Shown here: positions 1-13,167 of the stretch, piece after piece | Layout: every line of letters starts with the position of its first letter | Position numbering within the stretch: position 1 is the stretch's first letter | NCBI RefSeq assembly: GCF_006345805.1 | Contig: NC_043004.1 | Location: 90,334,001 to 90,398,000, forward strand | DNA from: Octopus sinensis | Taxonomy: Eukaryota | Direction: 5' to 3' | DNA: 64,000 bases | Notes under the pieces: generated by a model | The model's input: only the letters and a program-made list of their open reading frames with translations | Database searches by the model: none | Told to the model about the DNA's origin: nothing | Made by a program: the position numbers and the translations under genes

Positions 1-429
1 ATCAATCCCGAAAGGATGAAAGGCAAAGTCGACCTCGGCGGAATTTGAACTCAGAACGTAACGGCAGACGAGTGAGTAACAATGTAGTCTTCTACAACAA
101 GAAACCTGTTGTTTGGCATACAGCTGCCCCTCTCTCAACTGTAGCTCCACTCAGTCAAAGAGGATCTTAGTCTTGTAAGTTACATGGTGACCTCACTAGT
201 GCTGGTGCTATGAAAAAATCATCCAACACACGTAAAGTGATTGACATTAGGAAGGTCATTCATCTGTTGAAAACCTGCAAAAGCAGATACTGGAGCACAA
301 TATAGTCCTTAACCTCTCAGATCTTGTCAAACCATCTAATCCATACCTGCATAGAACATGGACAGTGAATAATGATGATGAGAATGACACTGAGGTTTCT
401 GAGGTAGAACACTGTTCTTTATTTCTTCT

Positions 430-640
430 ATCCATCTGATTATCAGGGAATGTCTTTACCTGTTATAAGATATTCACCTGATCATCTGGAAATGTGGTTA
501 CCTGTATTAGTATATTCACCTGATCATTTGGGAATGTAGTTAGCTAAGATAGTATATTCTGTATTCCAAGTATTCACTTGATCGTCTGGGAGTGTAATTG
601 CCCGTAAGAGTATATTCTACATTCCCTGAGTTCATCTGAT
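430..640. repeat. Degenerate tandem repeat (tattcacctgatcatctgggaatgt..acctgt), about 5 units
   Basis: Motif recurs at ~40-60-bp spacing. Confidence 0.7.
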
Positions 641-1588
641 CAGTGAATTTAAATCTATGCTTCATGCCTTGTTATATGTACTGGCCCTTGAAAAAAACTT
701 AAAGACCAATTTGCTTTTTATTTCCAAAGAAGTTAGGAGAACCTGAAACTCACTATTCTCTACCAAGAAAGCCATATACAGGATATGATAATATTGTTTT
801 AGTCATTGATAATTATTTTATGTTCTCCAAATAAACATATGTGTATGTACTATCTCTTATCACAATTATTCTCAACTATTTCTGTGACCTGTGCCTCTCC
901 TCACCTACTTCTTGAAAACAGCAGCAAGTACCCCAAGACCTCCAAACCATCTGCTTTTCCTCCTCCTACTCTTTAAAGCAAATCTTTATCTATTCTCAGA
1001 GTTGTTTATAGCCATCCAGATACAGGAGTAAAAAAAAAAGAAGTCTTTTCTGCTCTAATTACTAGATTTATCATTTCCACTAGTAATTTTTACATATTTT
1101 AAAGCTACTTACAACTTGTTAAAATAAAAACTATAATTTTTCTTTCAGATTTTAAAACGGAAAAATATTTCATGTTCCCTCCCTTTAAGTATTTTTTCCA
1201 CCCCTGTTTTCACTTCACTTTCTTGGGGTGCATTCTCTGACCCTGGACTTCATTGAGTTTAAGAACCACGAACTGGGTACTAGTTTTCATACATATTTCA
1301 GACATTGTAATAATTTTTAAGGGTAGTGGTAGGGGAATTGAGTGACCTGTAGTATTTTGTTATATTCTGAGTTCTGGTTTCAAATCCAGCCAGATAAAAT
1401 TTTGACTTTTGTCCTTCTAAAGGTTAATTAAATCAAAAATATGCCCACTCTTTCTCTCTCTCTCTTTTTCTCCTTCCTCCCTGTTTACCCCCTCCCTCAC
1501 ATCCTTCTCCTCTTTAACAATGACTTTACTCCTGCCTGCAACAACACATTTAACGACAGCTGGTAAGTCTGTTGAATTTCAACTGTTG

Positions 1589-1820
1589 TTATTTCTTTAT
1601 TGCCCACAAGGGGCTAAACACAGAGGGGACAAACAAGGACAGACAAACGGATTAAGTTGATTACATCGACCCCAGTGCATAAATGGTACTTAATTTATCG
1701 ACCCCGAAAGGATGAAAGGCAAAGTGGACCTTGGCGGAATTTGAACTCAGAACGTAACGGCAGACGAAATACAGCTACGCATTTCGCCCGGCGCGCTAAC
1801 GACTCTGCCAGCTCGCCGCC
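1589..1820 (-). mobile_element. SINE family B (GGCGGCGAGCTGGCAGA...; Meta-domain-like core)
   Basis: A-box-like head, GAGTTCAAATTC B-box, core gactttgcctttcatcctttcggggtcgataaa..gtacc. Partial copies at 1-72 and 14948-15123. Confidence 0.9.
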
Positions 1821-3425
1821 TTTTGTTGAATTTTAACTGTTGTATTGCATCAACACTTGCCCCCTCTACCTAAGAAGAATGACTTTATATGATCATTCAA
1901 CTTGCTAAATACAGCAGCCAAGTACCTCTCCAATCCAAATGATACTGTCTTTAAAAAAATGCATATTAGATAATCTTCTTTTGATTATAAATTTCTTCCA
2001 TTCTTTTGTCAAAAGGAAAGACAGTGTACCTGACCCTTTACAGGGCTTCTGTGACTGGCAAGCAGGATAATGGTGATATCTGCAAATTCTAGGCCTAACT
2101 TGAGTCCTTGCAACAAAAAGAATTCACTAAAGACACCCAAGGATCCAAATAGCAGACAGTGGATTGAGTCTACCACTCATATAGGCCATGGTAGGATATA
2201 AACTCAGAACATAAAGCACTGCAAGAAATCCAGTTTGGTATTCTTACAGTTCCACTAATCCACTGACCTGTATTGGTGCTTTATTGTGAACCACAAACAG
2301 ACGAAAGGCAGAGTTGACCTTAGTGGGGTTTGAACTTAGAGTGCAGAGAATCAGAGTTCCATTAGGTATTCTATCTGCCAGTTCATCTAGAGATTGGATG
2401 GTTGCAGCTGGAATGCTTTTAGCCTTATATCTACTTGATCAGGTTTAACCTGGGGCTAAGTTGTTACGACACCAATTGTCCCCTGTATTAAGTCTGTTTA
2501 TTAGCCACTCTTAAGACTGCACATGAAGCGGCTTATATATACATCTATATGGTTAGAGCATTAACATGTTCTGTATAACAGCTGACTTTTCCTTTTCTAT
2601 TTATTTTAACTCTATCCTTTACTTTCACAAAGATTATCTATTGTTATCTTCATTATCTGAGCGGCTGTCTTTTAATCCCTTGTAATTTGTTTATCCTTAT
2701 AATTTGTGGAAGAAAGCTACTTTTTGTCACTACCTACTCCAACACCTAAGGGGACCACTAAATGATCCCTCAACCTAGTAAATATAGCAGTCAAATTGCT
2801 TTAAGTCACATCCTACCATCTGAAAAAAGTGGACACATTAGATACTCTAGTTAGAGATATTTCTGAAAAGGAGACTGGATAGTCATGGTTGGAATATTTT
2901 CAATTATATGTCTATTTGAGATTTGTACAATCATATGTCTATTTAATTGAGATTTGTTCTGGTTATTTAGATTCTAAGTTCAATTCTAACTGAGATAAAT
3001 TTTAACTTTTATCTTCCATCTGGGATCATTAAAATAAAGTACCAAGTTCTGTCCCAAATTTAATCAGCAGTCTCCCTTGTCCTGAATTTCTGTTCTTGTT
3101 TGCTATGTTATTGTTACGTAGGAATTAGGACTCCAAATAAAATGCATTGCAGTATTTAGCTGTCCCTTTACACTGTTGTGTATCTTCCAGCCATGACCAT
3201 CATGTCTTTTATTGAGACATAGTAATCTAAAACCACATTATTCTTATTCTTAAGATGTTTCAGAGTAATTTGAGGGAGGTTTGGTTATTTCTGGCAGTCA
3301 GTGATCATATAGAATAGAAGTAGAGAAGTCCCTTAAAAACCCATACAGGAAAACTTTGTAACTCTTTTGATATGAACTTGCCTGAGACCACCCCTGGTTT
3401 TGAGATGCAAATCTTCCTATTTTAA

Positions 3426-3646
3426 CCCTTTAGCTTTTAAAGCCACCATGTTTGGACCAAATATTTTATTATGTTCAAACTGTCCAGATCTGGTCTCTCA
3501 CATATATCTTACAGTGTCATTCTAAAAATATACATACAATCATATCAAGATCTTGATACTACGAGATAATGCGTGATTTATTCAAAACAATGTGAATAAA
3601 TAAGCATTACATTTGTATTTGACAGAATAATCTGAATGTTAAAAGG
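3426..3646. mobile_element. piggyBac-type MITE (family of 12944)
   Basis: TTAA|CCCTTTAGC start and shared internal sequence. Confidence 0.7.
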
Positions 3647-3734
3647 TTGAAGTGATCTAAATCTTGCTGTTAAAATTTCATGTCAAGTTACAAACTCCAG
3701 CTTAATAATGACAAATTTGTTTTACTAGCTTATT

Positions 3735-4095
3735 CATCATCATCGTTTAACGTCCGTTTTCCGCGCTAGCACTGGTTGGACGGTTTGACCGGGGTCTGGG
3801 AAGCCAGGGGCTGCACCAGGCTCTAGTCTGATCTGGCAGAGTTTCTACAGCTGGATGCCCTTCCTAACGCCAACCACTCTGCGAGTGTAGTGGGTGCTTT
3901 TTACGTGCCACCTGCACAGGTGCCAGGGGGGGTCCGGCATCGGCCACGATTGGTTGGAGCTTTTAACGTGCCACCGGCACGGAAGCCAGCAAAGGCGGCA
4001 CTGGCAACGGCCACGTTCGGATGGTGCTTTTTATGTGCCACTGGCACAGAAGCCATTCGGGGCGGCGCTGGCATCGGCCACATTCGGATGGTGTC
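3735..4095 (-). mobile_element. SINE-like family C (RTE-like GGTTGGCGTTAGGAAGGGCATCC motif, (GAT)n tail, 5' tandem monomers)
   Basis: Multiple near-identical copies in the window. Confidence 0.85.
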
Positions 4096-4601
4096 AAAAT
4101 TGATTGAAATAAAGGCAGTGTATTTCAATGAGAATGTGGCTTTGAAGCAATGAACTTTCAGGACCTAAACAGTATATTGACAAACTAGTTAATTTATTAA
4201 TTACCTAATTAATAAAAGTGGCTGCATTGCCCTCTCAAAGTATAACAGTATCTAGTAAAGTTTACAACTTATGACTTCACTATTTTAAGATGTGATGTGA
4301 TCTGAGGGGAATTTAACTACATTTACTTGTAGTTTGAACCTTTACATGTAAAGGAATCTTTCATTGGCTATCCAGTTGAAATGTCTTTAGGCCCATGTTA
4401 TCCAATATTTTTTTATTCTTTTAAGATGGTAGGGTGCAATTTGAAGAAGACTTGGTTGCTGCTTCTCATTGGATTGATGTCAAAATTGAATGGCTGCCAC
4501 TGCAGATAGATTTATTGTTTCTCGTGTAATGCCATAAGCATGTGGAATCAGAGCTAGACTGTCATTTTTAAAAGTTTCATAAAAAACCAGCAATATATAA
4601 A

Positions 4602-4984
4602 TCTCTCTATATATAAACGGCAGTTTGTCTGTGCGTGTTTCTGTGTGTCTGTTTGCTTGTACCCTCACCCTGACCACGATTTTCAACCGATTCTGATGAA
4701 ACTTGACACACACATAGCCCAATGTCATAATTCAAAACTAACGCAGCGAAAATTTTGAAAAGTTCCCCCAGTTCTGAAAAAAATCGATAAATTCGACATG
4801 GGGTCGAGAATCAGAAACACAAACCGCAAACTGTCTAGGGGACGCAACTCCACCTTTTTTAACTAAAAAAAAAATTTACCATCATTTTTTTCCATTTTTT
4901 TGCTATTTTTTGGCTATAACTCTCTAAAAATGCTTCATAGTTATTTCCCTTACAAACCCGAGCAACGCCGGGCGATACTGCTAG
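4602..4984 (+). mobile_element. Non-autonomous Helitron
   Basis: A|TC...CTAG|T insertion, subterminal hairpin cccgagcaacgccggg; near-identical copy at 61777. Confidence 0.9.
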
Positions 4985-5021
4985 TATATATATACATTTA
5001 TAGATGTCTAAGTATAGATAT

Positions 5022-5382
5022 CTCTTTCTCTCTTTTACTTGTTTCAGTCATTTGACTGCTGCCATGCTGGAGTACCGCCTATAGTTGAGCAACTCAACCC
5101 CAGGACTTATTCTTTGTAAGCCTAGTACTTATTCAATCAGTCTCTTTTGCCGAACTGCTAAGTTACGGGGACGTAAACACACCAGCATCGCTTGTCAAGA
5201 GAGGACGAACACAGACACGCAAATACACACACAGTTTCCATCTACCAAATCCACTCACAAGGATTTGGTCGGCCTGAGGCTATAGTAGAAGACACTTGCC
5301 CAAAGTGCCACACAGTGGGACTGAACCCAGAACCATGTGGTTGGTAAACAAGCTACTTACCACACAGCCACTCCTGCACCTA
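5022..5382 (-). mobile_element. SINE family A
   Basis: Reverse complement of the family A sequence. Confidence 0.9.
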
Positions 5383-6464
5383 TCACCAGTAATATGAAAA
5401 TGAGCAGATATATTTCTTACTTGTCAATTATATTGTAAGTTATGTTAATTACTATTATATCGATGCTTTTGTGTATCAATAAATGAATTAATGGTTTTTG
5501 ATATGTGAGCAGCCATCAGCTTTTACTCATCCTTCTGTGTGTAATTTTTACTATGACCTTGTTGTTGTCCTCATCATTTACCGTATGTCTAAGAAGTTAG
5601 CTTTGCAGTTATTTTTCCAGCTTTGGTTCTTGTGTTATACCTCGAGTAAGTTTTTTTTTTTTGTCTTTTTTTAAACCATAACCTCAAGCCATCCAAATAT
5701 TCATGAATGAAATTGAGTTGATGAAAACCTGCCAAATGGACTGTATATGTTCTTCAGAGGTACACTTCATCCCTTACATGGTTTAATGCCCACCACTGGG
5801 CTGTTGGCTACTTTTAGCAAGTCCATCATGCTACCAGCATTTGAACCAGGTATTTGGCCAGAGGAACTCATTTACTCCTGCCTCACAGTCTTGGAGGTCT
5901 TGCATAAAAGTTATGGGTGTAATATTTCCTTAAATCTCATAAAAAAAAAATATATATTTTTTTTTTGAGACTAGTTGGAATGATGTGTCCTCAAACCTGA
6001 GACCTGGCTTGAATGCTTGTGACAGACTGGTATCTGTCTCTTAAGACACCCATGGACCAGGTGGTGGCATTAAACTGGACAACAAGTTGACCACCAATGA
6101 TTGTAATCCTAGTCCTTCCACATATTACCTTTTGTTTCTTCTGGGTGAGTCGAGGTTGGAGAGAGATCTACAAAACAGCCAACCCCCAACTCTGTCGTCA
6201 CTTTGACTCCTGTGAAGCTTATTCTTCACGTATCTTTTGTAATTTCTTAAATTTGTTGTCACCAGAAATTTGGTTTAAGATGGTAACCACCTGGTTATTT
6301 AGAATATATCTCTCTTCTGTTTCGACTGCTGTCCTCTCCAACCACACTCCTTCTCTAATGTATTTGTAAAAGTGCAGCAAAATCACGAGAACTTTCTATT
6401 AGATTGTGTTTTCCTACTTTATTACCTAAGATATTTGTAAAATTAAAGAATACTTGTACATATG

Positions 6465-6854
6465 GCGGGAGTGGCTGTGTGGTAAGTAGCTTGTTTACCA
6501 ACCACACGGTTCCGGGTTCAGCCCCACTGCGTGGCACCTTGGGCAAGTGTCTTCTACTATAGCCTCGGGCCGACCAAAGCCTTGTGAGTGGATTTGGTAG
6601 ACGGAAACTGAAAGAAGCCTGTCGTATATATGTATATATATATATATATATGTGTGTTTGTCCCCCAAGCATTGCTTGACAACCGATGCTGGTGTGTTTA
6701 TGTCCCCGTTACTTAGCAGTTCGGAAAAAAGAGACCGACAGAATAAGTACTAGGCTTACAAAAGAATAAGTCCCGGGGTCGAATTGCTCGAGTAAAGGCG
6801 GTGCTCCAGCATGGCCACAGTCAAATGACTGAAACAAGTAAAAGAAAGAAAGAG
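6465..6854 (+). mobile_element. tRNA-derived SINE family A (GGAGTGGCTGTGTGGTAAG...)
   Basis: A-box TGGCTGTGTGG, B-box-like GGTTCAGCCCC, internal microsatellite, A-rich tail; many copies in the window. Confidence 0.9.
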
Positions 6855-7578
6855 ATATCTATACTTAGACATCTATAAATGTTTTTGACTCTGCTCTATA
6901 GTGTACACACACACACACACACACAAATATGTTAGTTATGGTCTAATATTTTTTTCTTCTCCCCATAATTATTTCTAATTAGCATTCTAATGCTTCTTGC
7001 ATTAAATATTGCAAGCACTAACTTAATATTGAATGTCAGTCCCCTTCCCAGTAAAAGTGCATGGAAAATTAACATCCTTTCCGTTCAGGTAACATCTCTT
7101 CCTTTCACCGAAATATAAAACCCGACAGACAGTTTTAAAATAGGTATGAAGAAGGGCCCTACTTCATAGACCATTCCATTCCATTTCCTACTCGGCTCTC
7201 ACAGTCTCTCCCAGATAGCTAAGAGATACGTAGGCAACTAAATAGCCAGGACTTCTCATTGAATGTCAATCTCTCTCTCTCTCTCTCTCTCTCTGTAAGA
7301 GAAAGATAGAGGGGAGATAGTTTGGTTATAGCTGTAGAGAAACAGATGAGAGGCGGATATTTTCATAATTTATTAATTATTTTCCTGTTCTACTTCACGA
7401 CTCTAGTCGTGCTACTTGCCATATAGTGGGTACCACGCATGACTCTACTCCTACGTATACCTACTGCTATTCAAATCCTTCAAGCGTTATTATCTTTATG
7501 TATTTTCCTTATTTTCTTCTTCCCAAGTGCACGTGTGTGCGTCTATGCGCTCATATCTATGTATATGCACGCGTGTGC

Positions 7579-7636
<58 letters not shown>

Positions 7637-8446
7637 GTGTTTATTTTAGGATAAATGCTTCTGATTCAGTGCCTAGCCCCTTAATTTCTCGCTATGCTCA
7701 TTCAGGCAATGAATCTTTAAATTTTTTTTTCCTTCTGAATGGTTGCAAGGAGTATGAAACTCCGAGTTGCGATGTAGTGAATCGGAATTCCACCCTGATA
7801 CAAATAAACTCTATTACATTCTATTGAGTACTCTTTCTTATGCGTATGTCAGCTGCCCTTCTTTATTCGCTTTATCCTCGCATCTGTCTACCTGCTTGTA
7901 GAGAGAGAGAGAGAGAAATAGAAAGAGAGAGCTAATATTGTAAGAGTGGGTGGTCTTGAAGAAACTCCGCTTGTCATTATGTACATAAGAATGGTCTTCC
8001 TTGCTGCAACAGTAATTAGCCATGCTGGAATGAGGAAACTTTACTTTCACAATATCTTAAACTGTGTTGACGCTGCTGCTGCTGCTGTTGTGGTTGTTTC
8101 GCTTCAGGTCAACCTTGTTCTTTGATAGCAAACCTATTAATCAAAGACGGTTCCAGCCGTGACCATTCGCAGTATTATACAATAGGCGTTAAATTAACTG
8201 TCTTTCTCCACCTTAAAAAAAAGCAAGAAAAAGATGGATTAGTAGAATGTGATTTGGGGAATATTCGGCTACTATTGCAATCAGGTCGAGTTTACCGACC
8301 ACGATGTTCCATCTTTGGCTCCTATACTTTATATAATGCCACGTCTAGTGTACAATCAATAGCATAGTTTGTGTGTGAGTGTGTGTATATGTGTTTTTGT
8401 AAGAGTATTGCACGTTTAGTTATTCAGCTCAATTCTGATCCAGAAA

Positions 8447-8673
8447 ACCTTTGACTAAAAACGTTCCAACCGTGACCATTCCGTTGGCTACTGTAGTCCT
8501 TCCATTTACATGTCCTTCCTCTGTTATGACACTCATGAGTGATTTCAGGAAGATTAAGCTAGCTGCTAACCTTTGACTAATAACGTTCCAGCCGTGACCA
8601 TTCCGTCGGCTACTGTAGTCCTTCCTCTGTTATGACACTCATGAGTGATTCCAGGAAGATTAAGCTAGCTGCT
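8447..8673. repeat. ~120-bp tandem duplication
   Basis: aacctttgactaa..acgttcca..gtgaccattccg..ctgttatgacactcatgagtgatt..ttaagctagctgcta occurs twice. Confidence 0.85.
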
Positions 8674-9699
8674 ATTTCTAGCATGTTCAGCGGCCAAGTA
8701 GTCATTTCATTATCGAACCAATGACATACATTACCGCTGCTATTGACGTTTAGCCACAAGTCAACTCTGATCAAGCAGACATAGTGAAAGGCATTCCAGC
8801 CGTGACTCTCCCGTCTCTTGTTCCCTAAGCATTGCACACCCAAGACTGGTATTATCCAACGCCTCCTTTATTTTTTCTAAGACAGTTGGGTGTGATTTTT
8901 TAAGTTAGATTTGGCTGCTATTTCTAGCAGATGGAAACGATCATGTAGCACTTTTTTCACTATTGTTTGCTGCGATCGTCATCCCCCCACTGTTCATCCA
9001 CCCTCTTATTTCTTCCTTCTGCTACTAACTATTTATTATACCACTGCTAAGTCACTGAGAGCTTCCTTCTTCATCGTTTAAATGTTGCTCTCTTGACTTC
9101 TTTTTTTTCTTCATTTGTGTTCGTTCTGTCTTCCATTCATTCCTTGCTACTTCTGTCATTCATTCATATTGGCTTGTAAGATATTTAAGACACTAACACT
9201 TACTGTCGCTGGCATTATTATATATTTTATTATTACAACAGCTACTACTACCCTCTACTACTACCCTCTACTACTTAACCATCGCTGACTTTTAACAGTC
9301 GTATTGACACATGGTGTACATAAAACGTTTATTTTTCAAAGACATCATCACCATTAACAAGCGGTGTTGATATCGTTTATAGACATACCCTCGTTTTTGT
9401 TTTGGTACCTCACTCATTTACAGAAAATAAATCTAGTTTGTCACACCAACCATTATAAATTTTAACAAATATTCACATACGCTCGTGCATAAACACATAC
9501 ATACCCACATACACACGCATATGCATGAGCACACACACATGCAATCATATCCACATATGTACGCTTGCGGATGCACATATACACATAGACGCGTACACAT
9601 ATACACATAGACGCGCGCACATTCATGCACAGATGCGCGCACATTCATGCACAGACACGCACGCACACACACACACGCGCATGCAGAATCTCGCGCGCA

Positions 9700-9915
9700 C
9701 ACACACACACACACACACGCACGCACGCAGATACATCCGTAGAGGCGAGAGGGGGAGTGTGTATATGAGTGAGGAGGCGAAGGTGTTGGTGTCGACGGTG
9801 GCGGCGTCGTCAGTCGAGCTTTGCGAGGAGTTGGCAAGGTAAAAAAAGCGACTCTTCCTGATGTGAGTGCGAGACAAAGGCACCGCTGCCGCTACTCCAC
9901 TACATTGGGTTAGCT
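9700..9915 (+). promoter_or_regulatory. CpG-rich promoter/5'UTR region of the + strand gene
   Basis: Dense CpG (gtcgacggtggcggcgtcgtcagtcgag) against a CpG-depleted background, directly upstream of the candidate first exon. Confidence 0.55.
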
Positions 9916-10074
9916 ATGTCCCTCCCTGAACCGGGACATGGCTTCAGTGTGGAAGCCGACTTCATCGAGAAAAACGGCCGTCAGACTTGGATTACAAAAC
10001 TCTGCTGTTGTAGCCAAATCATGGCCAATGTGAAGATAACCCAAGCTAAACGGATATCCCGGACTCTCTCTGAG
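9916..10074 (+). CDS. Probable first coding exon of a long-intron host gene (MSLPEPGHGFSVEADFIEKNGRQTWITKLCCCSQIMANVKITQAKRISRTLSE); product not recognised
   Basis: ATG in good context (gctATG), 53 non-repetitive codons, ends at phase-0 donor GAG|gtatat, after which the sequence drops into AT/microsatellite DNA. Lies in a CpG-rich zone. The CCC cluster could be a palmitoylation site (inference). Confidence 0.7.
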
Positions 10075-10337
10075 GTATATAAATATATATTTGATGGTGT
10101 ATATATTTGCATATATGTGTATTTGCATCTGTTGTCTGTCTGTCTGTCTATTTATTTATATATCGCCAGCAGTTTGTGCATGCCTGTGTGCGTGCGTGTA
10201 ATTGGCTTCTAAAACCCCAGCCAGCCAGCCACATGAGCTGACAGAAAAGAGAAGAAACAGTCCCCTTTTCCTCAGGTTTTTCCCCCCATCTTCCTTCAAA
10301 ACAAAACTTGCAGATTTCATCTGTTTTATTTAGGCAG

Positions 10338-10355
10338 GTTGACCTTTTTAAAGGC
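10338..10355 (+). CDS. Candidate microexon A (VDLFKG)
   Basis: ttttatttaggcag|GTTGACCTTTTTAAAGGC|gtttgc, in phase with exon 1; donor is weak. Confidence 0.3.
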
Positions 10356-10708
10356 GTTTGCATGAATTGACGTCGAGATGGATGGATACTTACTTACTTA
10401 ACCCACCACAAACACAGACGCACACATCCATTCATACATGCATTCTTGCGTGCATTACAAATAATTCTTGCGTACCATACACAGACACACGCACACATTT
10501 GTTTGATAGAGGCAACCATTTGAGACGGGAAAAGGTAGCCCACTATTACATACACACACACTCACACACGTGTTTGTGTGTGTGCATGTCTTTGTTAGTA
10601 AAAACGGGAAGACATTCATTCCTTCCTGTGCTACCTTCTACAGATTGACGTACACAATGCCAAATAGCTTTCATTGCTTCCTAATTCTCGCTCTCTCTTT
10701 GTTTTCAG

Positions 10709-10723
10709 GTTGACATTTTCAAA
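10709..10723 (+). CDS. Candidate microexon B (VDIFK)
   Basis: Branch-like cctaat, long pyrimidine tract, ttttcag|GTTGACATTTTCAAA|gtgcaa; phase 0 like exon 1; donor is weak. Confidence 0.35.
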
Positions 10724-12943
10724 GTGCAAACTATCTTAAATATATTTCTTCCCCATCCACCAATTTTTTTTGGCTCAACCGTTTTAAGCTATGCCACGAT
10801 GATATAAATTTCCTGGTCATTATATTTATAAATATAAGAGAGGGGTTGTGGCAATACTGGGGCAACCCCACCTTTTGTGTGATTATTAGTTTCTTTTCAT
10901 TTCCACGTCCCCCTTCTCCATGTTTTTGTTTTCCAGAATGAGGGAGTTGGATAGCATCTCCCTCATATATACAAATATCAGAGCAAGTACTCAAAGCGTT
11001 TAGTAGAATTTATTTGTTCCAAAGCAGATGACTTTCTTCGTCGCTCGTGACCCCTTGAGCTACAAAATAAACGAGAGCAAATTTCGGTCAATTTTCTCTA
11101 CACCTCGGTGTTGTTTGTTTATTTCATTTATTTCTGAAGACTGGAACAACGATATGTTTATAAATTATAATATTTTGTATTAATAACAAATATCGAATAT
11201 CATGATATGAATACCGTATCGTGCTGAACGATCAGTATGATGGCATGTTTAGCAGTTTTCAGCTTTGGATATTATTTCCTCATTCTTACAAATATATGAC
11301 CAAATAACACCCACGTGTGTGCATGCCCATAAAATCATACACACACATGTATGAGTTTGTGTGTATTACAGAGCATGAGAAGCCTTGCTGACAGCAAGGC
11401 AACCTCAGTAGTGCTGGTGCCATTTTGTACTGTACTCTAAAGTGGTTAGTGTTAGGAAAGGCATTTAGCTGTAAGAAACCATGCCAAAAAGTGATACATT
11501 GAAGCAAGATGATCCTCTGACCTATTGAACCATCCTAGTCATACCAGTATGGAAAGCAAATGTCAAATGATATATATAATTTGCATTTATATATGTGTGT
11601 ATAAACTGTGCCCAAATCAGACTGGAACTTGATGCAGCCCTCCAGCTTACCCTTTCCAATCAAACTGTCTAACCCATGCCAGCATGGAAAGTGGACGTTA
11701 AATATAACACACACACATATTTAGAGAGAGAGAGAGAGAGGTGTATGTGTGTTTATATGTAAAAAAATATTTGTGAACATACGATGGTTAAAAGGTTAAG
11801 ATGTTCAGTCATGAGGTTCGTTCTAAGTTCAATTCTGTTACCTGGTATTTTGGACATGTCATTCACAAGAGTTCACTAGGTGATGGAAACTGTCAAGAAG
11901 CTCGCCAGATGGGTTGTCTATATAATTTTATAGGAACAACCTTGCTACACACTGTCACACTGATTCTCTCTGAGGATTCCATTAAGGATATACATTTCTG
12001 TGAAATGGTCAGGCATTTGCATGCTAATTCAGTGACCAGATAATTCAGTTGATCAATCAACTGAATCCTCTTCTTTGAGAGATCTTTTGATTTACTATGT
12101 ATGTGCATATATGGTACATTCCACAGTATTTTTTATGTTTTGGAAGGGAAAATCAGAAGTGTTTTTGTCATAATAATTTCTCAACATTTTTGACATTTGA
12201 GTCTGTTTGGGCTGTGTGACTTTTTTTTATATGATGATCTTCTGATGCTGTAGAACACAAAACGTGTGCTGTCGGGACAGGGAACAGAAAATTTCCTTTT
12301 TCTAAAGCTTCCATTTCAATTTTAAAATTCTCTGAATCTTGGAACAATATATAAAAACTAATTGAATGCTGAATTGCAATATTTTATGTTTGTCAAAGAT
12401 AACAAAGAAATCCCATTCTTTCAGGTTTTCTGAGTGGGACGGCACTTTATAAGATAGTATACTGTTGCAGAGGTGAAAATGTGTCCACTTCAATAGCTTC
12501 TTATAAATTAAACATTTATACTGCAAGTATATCAACAATATACTTTAATTCCTAAATTTGTTTCAACTGTGCAAAGTTTTCATAAATTTCCTCAAAGTTT
12601 GTAGCAAATCTACATTTAGATTTAAAATGGGAATCTATAAATATATATATACAGACGAGCATAAATTAAAATGAAAATATAAATAATCATTTAAGAACAC
12701 TCAATCTAAACTTTTTGTGCACATGGAGTTATTCTGACCAAATACATGTGTTACATACTCTAGCCCCTTTTTCAGTTTTGCTCTAAAAATGCGTAGTTAT
12801 TAAATATAAAAATTATGAATTATATATAATAAATATATAACTGTATACAAAGTCTGACTGATTACAAAAATCAATCATCAAATTGCAAATCAAAGAGGTA
12901 TAAGTTTTGTCTTTTAAGCTAGAATATTTTAAAATATCCTTAA

Positions 12944-13163
12944 CCCTTTAATGTTTGAATGGCCAAATCCAGCCCAATATATTCTACATATTTTATATTC
13001 AAACTGGCCAGATCCAGCCTCTCACACCTAACCTACATTGACAGTCTAAAAATAAACAATCACATCATTGAAACCTCAAAGCTATAAGATAATGCATGAT
13101 TAATTCAAAACAATTTAAATAAAAAAGCATTACATTTAACAGAGTAATCTGAACACTAAAGGG
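12944..13163. mobile_element. piggyBac-type MITE, second family
   Basis: TTAA|CCCTTTA...TAAAGGG|TTAA; relatives at 3426-3646, 27043-27180 and 34800-35370. Confidence 0.8.
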
Positions 13164-13167
13164 TTAA

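Noticed and set aside
4693-4702. CTGATGAAAC hammerhead-like words in the Helitrons (also near 61868)
   Set aside because: No helix II or helix I/III pairing; part of the ordinary Helitron body.
9916-10074. Assigning a gene name to exon 1
   Set aside because: 53 residues with no diagnostic domain; no confident match from memory.
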